Shown: piece by piece, positions 48,947 through 64,000 of the stretch
Position numbering within the stretch: position 1 is the first letter of the stretch
Layout: every line of letters starts with the position of its first letter
Sequence record: MN850605.1
Strand: one strand, 5' to 3'
DNA from: Escherichia phage fjerdesal
DNA: 64,000 nucleotides
Notes under the pieces: generated by a model
The model's database searches: none
Seen by the model: only the letters and a program-made list of their open reading frames with translations
Told to the model about the DNA's origin: nothing
Translations under genes and position numbers: made by a program

Positions 48947-49488
48947 TTAAATTAATCTTTGCAAGTGGTGAAAATGGTGAGTTTGGTACTCCAACTGGTA
49001 TGCCGTGGCCTCGACATAAACAGGACATGCAAGAGTTTAAGAGACTCACTAAAAATAACTTAGTAGTCATGGGTAATGAGACTTTTAAGACTCTGGGTAG
49101 TAAACCTTTACCAGAACGTGCAAACCTCATCTTAACAAATTCTGTACCATACTTAGGCATAGACTTTGGCAAAGATGATGTAATGTATGCTAAAGCCAGT
49201 AAAGAGTCATTTGGAGCATTTTTGAAGTATCTTGATAGCTCTATTGATGAAGATATCTTTGTAATTGGTGGTGCAGGTATCCTTGTCAACGCTTTACCAT
49301 ATGCTAGTGTGGTGTTCCATACTGTTTTCCATAAAGTTACTGAAGAGGCCACTGTGCATTTACCTTTTGAAAACTTCTTTGAGAAGCTGTATGATAACCG
49401 TGTATTTACAAAGGTACAGTCAAAACCATCAGAGGATGGTAAAGCAACCTTTGAAATTTATGTTCCACAAGTAAAAGGGCACTTTTAA
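48943..49488 (+). CDS. frd: dihydrofolate reductase
   Basis: MIKLIFASGENGEFG...GMPW...VVMGNETFKTLG fits the DHFR N-terminal pattern; immediately upstream of thymidylate synthase. Confidence 0.75.
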   Translation: MIKLIFASGENGEFGTPTGMPWPRHKQDMQEFKRLTKNNLVVMGNETFKTLGSKPLPERANLILTNSVPYLGIDFGKDDVMYAKASKESFGAFLKYLDSSIDEDIFVIGGAGILVNALPYASVVFHTVFHKVTEEATVHLPFENFFEKLYDNRVFTKVQSKPSEDGKATFEIYVPQVKGHF

Positions 49489-49489
49489 T

Positions 49490-50389
49490 ATGTCACAAGC
49501 AGATACAAGCTACAAAAATATCCTGAACCATGTTTTATCAGTTGGTGAACTGCGTACTACACGAACTGGAGATGTTATCTCTGCATTTGCTCCACCTAAG
49601 TTTCGTTTTGATATGCGAACTGGTTTCCCGCTCTTAACATCTAAACAGGTGTTTACACGGCAAGTTATTGGAGAAGCTTTATGGTTCCTGAACGGCGAGA
49701 ATAAGCTTGGTGAACTCCGTTACCGTACTTGGGGTGAAAATGATGGAGTACGCTGGACTATCTGGTCAGATGATTTTAAACGTTGGCTAAGCTCTAACTA
49801 TTCTTCTGAACAAGACTGGTTAGAAGATGCAGGTGGGAGAATCTACGGGGTTCAGTGGAGAAACTTTGAAGGTCATAATGGTTGTGTTGTAGACCAGTTA
49901 GAGACCTTAGTAACGAAGATGAAGGGTGATATTACAGACCGCTACATGCTTGTTAATGCTTGGAATGCAGCAGATATTGCATCCAACTCGATGGCTTTAG
50001 CACCTTGTCATGTTCTGTTTCAGATTTATATCACTAACGAGGGTGAAGTTGACTTACAATGGTATCAACGTTCTGTAGACACCTTTTTAGGACTTCCGTT
50101 TAACATTGCATCCTATGGTTTTATTCTGGAAGTTCTTTGTAAGATGACTGGATACACTCCACGATACTTGATAGGTGTCTTTGGAGATACTCAGATTTAT
50201 CAGAATCATATGAAGCAGGTTTATGAACTGATGAACAATGAAGAGTTCCATGCACCTACTTTTGAGATTGGTGTGCAGCTTAACACGCTAAGTGACCTAA
50301 AACACCTTACCGCAAGTGATTTTATTGGTGGTATTAACAACTACCAACATGCAGGAAAGATTGAAGCACCTTTGTCAGTAGGTAAGTAG
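49490..50389 (+). CDS. td: thymidylate synthase
   Basis: YKNILNHVL...GELRTTRTG...FRFDMR..GFPLLTSK; active-site block ALAPCH. Confidence 0.9.
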   Translation: MSQADTSYKNILNHVLSVGELRTTRTGDVISAFAPPKFRFDMRTGFPLLTSKQVFTRQVIGEALWFLNGENKLGELRYRTWGENDGVRWTIWSDDFKRWLSSNYSSEQDWLEDAGGRIYGVQWRNFEGHNGCVVDQLETLVTKMKGDITDRYMLVNAWNAADIASNSMALAPCHVLFQIYITNEGEVDLQWYQRSVDTFLGLPFNIASYGFILEVLCKMTGYTPRYLIGVFGDTQIYQNHMKQVYELMNNEEFHAPTFEIGVQLNTLSDLKHLTASDFIGGINNYQHAGKIEAPLSVGK

Positions 50390-50398
50390 AAACAAAAA

Positions 50399-50418
50399 GG
50401 CTCCCGTAAAAAGGAGCC
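50399..50418. terminator. bidirectional hairpin GGCTCC-CGTAAAAA-GGAGCC between convergent genes
   Basis: seen in sequence. Confidence 0.6.
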
Positions 50419-50425
50419 TTAAACT

Positions 50426-50797
50426 TTACTTTTCAGTACTCTTTGTGTTCTTTTCAGTAATAGCTTGGAGGGCTGATACTGACTGAGCCAGATTGTTCAC
50501 ACTATCAGAGAATTTATCAAGAGTCTTAGTGAGTTTTGCGTTCTCCCCCTTAACATTCTCTAACTGGACTTTCTGGTTCTCCATCCCTAGCTGAAGCAGC
50601 CTCATATCAGACTGTAAATCACGAATAGCTGAATAATTACTTTTGGAATAATTATCTAGCTGCTGTAACTTTGTTGTGATAGACACTTCTTGCTTACCAC
50701 TTGAAACTTGCATGGTGGTATACATCCCAATAACACTAAAAATACCAACAACAATTGCACCAATATTGTTTTTAAAAGCTTCCTCTAGCCACTTCAT
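50426..50797 (-). CDS. membrane-anchored coiled-coil protein (holin-like candidate)
   Basis: N-terminal transmembrane helix IGAIVVGIFSVIGMYTTM then coiled coil; sits directly after the tail-fibre genes. Confidence 0.3.
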   Translation of the reverse strand: MKWLEEAFKNNIGAIVVGIFSVIGMYTTMQVSSGKQEVSITTKLQQLDNYSKSNYSAIRDLQSDMRLLQLGMENQKVQLENVKGENAKLTKTLDKFSDSVNNLAQSVSALQAITEKNTKSTEK

Positions 50798-50992
50798 TTA
50801 TTTCTCCCCCTTAAAAGCTTTTTCTAAGTTGTCTACGAACTCATCATCGATAGGTGTGTCTGTTTTACTCGCAAGATATCTTGCAAGCCTAAAGAACACT
50901 TTCTCAATCATGTATTCACTCAGAAGGGATAAAATGAGTTTCCAGAAGAAACTACCTAGATTTTTTAGAAGAATTGCTAGGATTGTAGGCAT
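50798..50992 (-). CDS. small membrane protein
   Basis: one hydrophobic helix, charged C-terminus. Confidence 0.3.
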   Translation of the reverse strand: MPTILAILLKNLGSFFWKLILSLLSEYMIEKVFFRLARYLASKTDTPIDDEFVDNLEKAFKGEK

Positions 50993-51071
50993 TTAATCAC
51001 CTCATCAGCCAAGATGGTGAGAATACCCATAAAGAATATTAACACCATCTTAACAATCAGTCAACAAGGGA

Positions 51072-53423
51072 TTAAGCAGTTCTCACCCAAGCCATTAACT
51101 TATAGAACTGGTTAGTAACACTAAATGCTGAACCAGAACCTGTACCACCAGTGTTACCACTAACTGTATGACTGTGAGCACCAATACCAACACTGTGAGC
51201 ATGGTTACCAGCAGAAGTAGCAGTACCAGAGATTGTGTGGGTGTGCGCACCAGCAGCATTAGTGTAACCCGGACCTGTACCGATTTTACCACCACCACCA
51301 CCAGAATAGTGTGTAGAGTTCTGACCAATCCACGAGATAGCGTGGTTGTGGTTACCAGCAGATGAAGTAGAACCACTTACAGAGTGTGTGTGAGCACCAG
51401 TCGTGTTAGTGTTTTTTGTTCCGTAGTCAAACGATGAGGTAGTCGCAGAAAAACTGTGAGTGTGTGAAGGCAAGTTCCCAACAGCTAACGTCACAGAGTC
51501 TGAACCACCAGTTGTAGCAACATCTGAACCGTTTGCTGCTGCAATTCTGATAGTTCTACCAACACCATTGTTCAGATACGTCCAAGTTAGACCAGGCAGT
51601 GCTGTATTAGGGTTAACATTACTGTTAAACCACGTCACAATACCCACTGGATAGATTTTGTTAAGGTCTGTAGAGTCACTTACTGCCTGTGCAATCTTCT
51701 GGTCAGTTTCAGCTTTAGTGTATGCACCAAGCTCTGAAGGGGTTGGTTTCTGAGCCTCTGTGTAAACCTTAGACCACTTAGCCTCAAAACCTTTACTGTC
51801 TACAGATGTTCTGTACCACATCCCACCATTTTTATACTGGAACTTTAGTTGCGCACAGGCAGTAGAAGAGGACACTCCCTGATACATTTGAAATACAAGT
51901 GATGTGTAATCACCATTTGGTGATGTTACATTATATAAGCCTGTTTTAGCGTTCCATGCCACACCATCTGCATTCTGCTCTGTAGCTTCTCCTGTAGAAC
52001 CTGCAACCATGAATCTCTGATTAGCTGCTGACTGAGTGAAGTATCTAGCATCTAAGTTAGACCAATCAGAAGGTTTTACCTGTCCAGTAATCTGTAGAGA
52101 TTTAGACAGAAGAATTTCGTCAGCTAAATCGAGTCTTGCACCAGTCAAGTAGTTATGGAATGATGCCGTACCAGAACCATTAGTACCACAACCGATAAAC
52201 CACTTATTTGTGTTATCAGTATTCTTACCAACAATGTAAGAAGAATTATTCTGAGCCTTGCTGTAGATTCTTAATGCTTCACCATCAGATTGAATATTCT
52301 GCTGTAAAGTGAATGTGTTAGCTTCATTCTTCTTAGCAAGATTTGCGTATGAACCAATAAGAACATAACGAGAGTCAATGTTAGTCCAATCAGAAGGTTG
52401 TACTTGACCAGTGATTTTTACACCCTTATTAAATGTTACACCAGACGCGTTTAATTTAATAGAAGTGTCACCATTATAATCATAAATCGTGATATTAGAG
52501 GTTACATCACCTTTACCAATATACCACAAATTATTGTTTTCACTGTCTCTTGCTAGGATGAACAGAGTATCATTGGCCGTTTTATTTTTTAGAATGATAG
52601 CAGCACCATCAGAGTTCACATTAACATTATTACTGAATGTGTTTAAACCACTGAAGGTATTATTACCAACTAACTGCGCAAATCTCTGATTAGCTGCTGT
52701 CTGAGTAAAGTATCTAGCATCTAAGTTAGAGAAGTCAGAAGGCTGAACTTGACCAGTGATTGCTAAAGACTTATTAACAGAGATATTGCTTGCAACAATC
52801 ACTGCTGAGTTGTATTTGCTGTTATACAGGCTTACTGCATCCTCGCCATTGCTACCAATACCAACCCACCATCTAGCTGAACCATCTAGGTTTACACCCT
52901 CAATGTATTGTGCATTATTTGCAATCTGGTTTCTAAGGCGAAGTGCATTACCATCACTTTGAATGTTCTGATTTCTAGAGAATGTGTTTGTTACAGCCAA
53001 CCTTGCATATCTTGCATCATTCTCTTCATTAGTTCTCATCCCAAGTTCATTAGGGCTTGGCTTATTAAGAGTATGGTAAACAGTTGCAGACCTTGAAGCA
53101 TCTGCAATAGTTAGTTTAAGACCATTTGCATTGATTTTAAAAGCCTTTAAAACATCCCCCATAGTAATCTCAGAAGAACCTGTAGGGTCAAATACTGCCT
53201 TACCACCATAAAGTAACTTGACAATTCCTAAGTCACCCGTCATAGTGCTACCAGCAATCTGGACAAACCTTTCTAGTTTAAAAGATGCTAAGAAGTCTTG
53301 ATAGGTCATTCGACGGTCTTCATCACCCAGCATTTCAGGTCTCTTTTTAACCCTGACATGAAGAAGGTCGTCTGAACGAATTGTATCAATTGAGTTTAAT
53401 TCACTCAACTTGTAATCTGCCAT
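51072..53423 (-). CDS. tail fibre protein with C-terminal His-box (HxH) repeat domain
   Basis: repeated blocks ([17 protein letters not shown] x3) and C-terminal HTHS.., [29 protein letters not shown]. Confidence 0.75.
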   Translation of the reverse strand: MADYKLSELNSIDTIRSDDLLHVRVKKRPEMLGDEDRRMTYQDFLASFKLERFVQIAGSTMTGDLGIVKLLYGGKAVFDPTGSSEITMGDVLKAFKINANGLKLTIADASRSATVYHTLNKPSPNELGMRTNEENDARYARLAVTNTFSRNQNIQSDGNALRLRNQIANNAQYIEGVNLDGSARWWVGIGSNGEDAVSLYNSKYNSAVIVASNISVNKSLAITGQVQPSDFSNLDARYFTQTAANQRFAQLVGNNTFSGLNTFSNNVNVNSDGAAIILKNKTANDTLFILARDSENNNLWYIGKGDVTSNITIYDYNGDTSIKLNASGVTFNKGVKITGQVQPSDWTNIDSRYVLIGSYANLAKKNEANTFTLQQNIQSDGEALRIYSKAQNNSSYIVGKNTDNTNKWFIGCGTNGSGTASFHNYLTGARLDLADEILLSKSLQITGQVKPSDWSNLDARYFTQSAANQRFMVAGSTGEATEQNADGVAWNAKTGLYNVTSPNGDYTSLVFQMYQGVSSSTACAQLKFQYKNGGMWYRTSVDSKGFEAKWSKVYTEAQKPTPSELGAYTKAETDQKIAQAVSDSTDLNKIYPVGIVTWFNSNVNPNTALPGLTWTYLNNGVGRTIRIAAANGSDVATTGGSDSVTLAVGNLPSHTHSFSATTSSFDYGTKNTNTTGAHTHSVSGSTSSAGNHNHAISWIGQNSTHYSGGGGGKIGTGPGYTNAAGAHTHTISGTATSAGNHAHSVGIGAHSHTVSGNTGGTGSGSAFSVTNQFYKLMAWVRTA

Positions 53424-53469
53424 TATAAATTTTCCTCTTAAAAGGGGCTATAAAGCCCCTGTAAAGAAA

Positions 53470-54618
53470 TTAAGCTGTTCTCTGCCATACATACAATACG
53501 AAGGATGGCTGTTCAACGCTAAATGCTTGACCAGAACCAGTTGTGCCAGTTGTGCCAGAGTGCGAATGCTCACCTGCTCCGGTTACTGTTACTGTTGCTG
53601 AGTGGTTGTGGGAACCAATTGCAACAGAATGGCTATGAGCACCAATACCAACTGTGTGATTATGCGCACCAATTGCTACAGAGTGAGTGTGGTTGTTAGC
53701 TGTTGTCAGCGTAGCTCTTGGGTCATAGCTTGCCCCCTCAACTGATAAACCTCTCCAACCACCATCAGCATAACCACGATTAATGAATGTTGTTTGTGTT
53801 AAACCAGCAGCACTGGTTGTTCTGTTACCATAGTCATAAGTAGATACAGTCTTTGTTCCATAGTCAAACGTTGTAGTCCCTTTAGTACCGTAGTCAAAAG
53901 CACTGATAGAGGCCGTTGCACCGTGTGTGTGACCACCACCAGTGACGTATACTGAGTGAGTATGTGCAGGAATGTTGTTAACTGTCAGTGCAGTAGTCTG
54001 CGAACCAAACGTTGAACCAACTGGCCTAGAAGCACTATCATAACCTACAAGTGCTCTTCCTTTTGAAACTAACTCCCAAGTACCTCCACAAATTAAATAT
54101 GTAGAAGGGTTTGCAGGATTCATAGAGAGATGGATAGTACCTACTGGATAAGAAGCCTGAACAGCCTTGTACAAGTTATTTACTGCTCTTGCTGTAGCAT
54201 ACTTATCTGCATCCTCATTATAAAGGTTAGATGTCACCCAGTTCTGAACATTACTTAACCCAACCTGTGCCTTAGTGGTGTTGTGTGGGTTGCTCTTATC
54301 ATCAATATGTTGTTGAATAAGATTGTTAACCTCTTCTGAAGACATAATCTGTAGATTTGCTCTTGCCTCAGCTACATTAACAATGTCTGATAAGTTATTT
54401 TCAGCAACTAACTGTAGAGCATTAATAACGTTATCTAAACCAATTTGTGTCTTAGTAACACCATGAGGATTATTTCTTAGGCTTGAGTGTGGGGCAAGTA
54501 ATTGCTCAAGAGTACATCTCTTATCCTCGATACCCTGTTTAAGATGGAAGATATCACTAAGGTCAATTGGTAAGGCTGCTTGAGGCAAGGCACTAATTTG
54601 AATTTCACCTACTGCCAT
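53470..54618 (-). CDS. tail fibre protein with His-box (HxH) repeats
   Basis: [45 protein letters not shown]. Confidence 0.7.
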   Translation of the reverse strand: MAVGEIQISALPQAALPIDLSDIFHLKQGIEDKRCTLEQLLAPHSSLRNNPHGVTKTQIGLDNVINALQLVAENNLSDIVNVAEARANLQIMSSEEVNNLIQQHIDDKSNPHNTTKAQVGLSNVQNWVTSNLYNEDADKYATARAVNNLYKAVQASYPVGTIHLSMNPANPSTYLICGGTWELVSKGRALVGYDSASRPVGSTFGSQTTALTVNNIPAHTHSVYVTGGGHTHGATASISAFDYGTKGTTTFDYGTKTVSTYDYGNRTTSAAGLTQTTFINRGYADGGWRGLSVEGASYDPRATLTTANNHTHSVAIGAHNHTVGIGAHSHSVAIGSHNHSATVTVTGAGEHSHSGTTGTTGSGQAFSVEQPSFVLYVWQRTA

Positions 54619-54620
54619 TA

Positions 54621-62636
<8,016 letters not shown>

Positions 62637-62637
<1 letters not shown>

Positions 62638-62876
62638 TACATTTTTCCTGCTCTTCTAAGTTCGTTGTAAGCAATTTCCTCTTTATACGACCTCTGAATC
62701 TCAAGAAATTGTCTCAATGATAATAAATCAGAGAATGTCATAGCAAAGAGTTGGTCAAGTGTTTCTTTACACCCTTCCATACCATAAATAGCAAGCACAA
62801 ATTTCATCTCGTCTGCTTCTTCATAGGTTGCCTCTACAGCAGCATCAGTCAGTGGTGTCTGTAGAGTATTACCCAT
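62637..62876 (-). CDS. tail assembly chaperone, downstream (frameshift-extension) ORF
   Basis: position between tail tube and tape measure; reached in the -1 frame from the upstream chaperone ORF. Confidence 0.5.
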
Positions 62877-62878
62877 GT

Positions 62879-63277
62879 TTACTGAGAAGTTAGGCTTTTG
62901 AAAATGCTTGCTTCGAAAAAACTTCCGAAGTTTGCCTCCAGCGCAAATGCTAGGTAATCAATAAATTCACCGTAGTTTGCTTGGAAGTACGTATCAATAT
63001 TAAGTGGGAAGTCATCAACAGTTGCCCCTTGAAATAACAGGGTTGCCATCTCTTCAAGGTTAATTTCTTCAATTCTGTCAAAACAAGCTTCAACAAGTTC
63101 TTTAAATGGAACCATTGGAGCTTCTTTCTTATCCTTGTCAGTCAGACTTGATAGCATCTGTGCAAAGGTTGGAACAACAATTTTACCCAACTTCATAGAC
63201 ATCTTAATACCATCTCTTGCCCCAAGCAGAACGATATTTACTTTCTTACCATTAATTACTCTAGATTCTGTTTTCAT
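62879..63277 (-). CDS. tail assembly chaperone
   Basis: position; contains slippery heptamer T_TTT_TTC near its 3' end. Confidence 0.5.
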   Translation of the reverse strand: MKTESRVINGKKVNIVLLGARDGIKMSMKLGKIVVPTFAQMLSSLTDKDKKEAPMVPFKELVEACFDRIEEINLEEMATLLFQGATVDDFPLNIDTYFQANYGEFIDYLAFALEANFGSFFEASIFKSLTSQ

Positions 63278-63312
63278 TGTGATTCCTTAATACTTTTAAA
63301 AGAAACAAAAAA

Positions 63313-63338
63313 GGGGAAGACCTTTTAAAGTCTCCCCC
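63313..63338 (-). terminator. hairpin GGGGAAGAC-(loop)-GTCTCCCC followed by T7 on the minus strand
   Basis: seen in sequence after the tail tube gene. Confidence 0.5.
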
Positions 63339-63350
63339 TTATAGGATTTA

Positions 63351-63797
63351 TTAAACACTTGACGCTGGAATTGTAGAAGTGTAGTCTAACTTCTCACAAC
63401 CAAAAATCCAAGTTTTAGAGTTCTGGTCACGACCAAGTTCAATCTGTGGTAACTCCTGCAACCAAGCGTTAATACCAGTTGCCAGAACAGAGCCTGATGG
63501 GTCGTAGATTACGAAGTTAGAAGAGATATCTTCTTCAAGTTCCATATTGTCTTGTTTAGCTTGAATTGCAGAAAGCATCTGGTTAGAGAGAGAAGTCTGC
63601 ATTAACTCAATCTCAATAGTGCCTGTCTTGTCTGCATTTCTTGTCAGAGCAACCTGACCACCTGCACCAACAACTGGTGTCACAAGTGGTGATGTTCTCT
63701 GTAGACGCAAGAATGAGTCTGGAGCAAAGCCTTCAATAGCAATGCCGTTCCAGCTACATACAACGTCTTTAGGGGAATATTGCTGATACATAGCCAT
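63351..63797 (-). CDS. tail tube protein
   Basis: 148 aa; position immediately upstream of chaperones and tape measure. Confidence 0.5.
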   Translation of the reverse strand: MAMYQQYSPKDVVCSWNGIAIEGFAPDSFLRLQRTSPLVTPVVGAGGQVALTRNADKTGTIEIELMQTSLSNQMLSAIQAKQDNMELEEDISSNFVIYDPSGSVLATGINAWLQELPQIELGRDQNSKTWIFGCEKLDYTSTIPASSV

Positions 63798-63802
63798 TCC
63801 AA

Positions 63803-64000
63803 TTTACCTCTATTATTCGTAAGCCACTGTACCTTTCAAGTCAACATCCAAGATAGCCCCTGCTAAGATACCTGCGAAGGTAACATCTTTTAGGATACGC
63901 GCTTTCTTGTCTGCTAAAGCAACTTGAGAGGCTTTAGGAACATTAACTGTGTAAGATGACAGGAAGTTTCTGTTGACTGCTCTTTGCAGAGAGGTTTCAA
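63803..64000 (-). CDS. partial CDS (3' end only), probably tail sheath
   Basis: open frame running off the window, translated by hand (...AGILAGAILDVDLKGTVAYE*); position upstream of tail tube. Confidence 0.35.

Noticed and set aside
51095-51376. ORFs of 93 and 65 aa overlapping the 3' end of the long tail-fibre gene
   Set aside because: Alternative-frame translations of the repetitive His-box region.

Overview
This 64 kb window reads as part of a virulent, AT-rich (about 38-40% GC by eye) tailed dsDNA phage genome with a contractile-tail (myovirus) structural module. Gene content resembles Felix O1-like (Ounavirinae-type) phages, but that attribution is from memory of gene content, not a database search. 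Layout: three rightward ORFs (80-1434); a 1.65 kb ORF-free repeat-dense region (1435-3092); a leftward early cluster of 13 small ORFs (3093-8450), most preceded by a conserved hairpin-SD module; a repeat-rich control region (8451-8978); then leftward genes for a macro-domain protein, spanins and a secreted lytic transglycosylase, rIIB/rIIA, NAMPT plus PRPP synthetase, nrdG/nrdD, glutaredoxin, nrdB/nrdA, two homing-endonuclease-like genes, RNase H/FEN, SSB, primase-helicase and dNMP kinase. A rightward block (39614-50389) carries family A DNA polymerase, DNA ligase, small ORFs, DHFR and thymidylate synthase. The leftward late module (50426-64000) has tail fibres with His-box repeats, baseplate genes, tape measure, frameshift-type chaperones, tail tube and a partial sheath gene. 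No integrase, tRNA, rRNA or CRISPR array was found. The most unusual signals are non-coding: the 1435-3092 motif array, the recurring intercistronic modules, an iteron-like repeat set at 8728-8905, and two composite repeats with 10-bp-phased GGT decamers at 45.1 and 46.6 kb. All protein calls rest on motifs read by eye from the translations.
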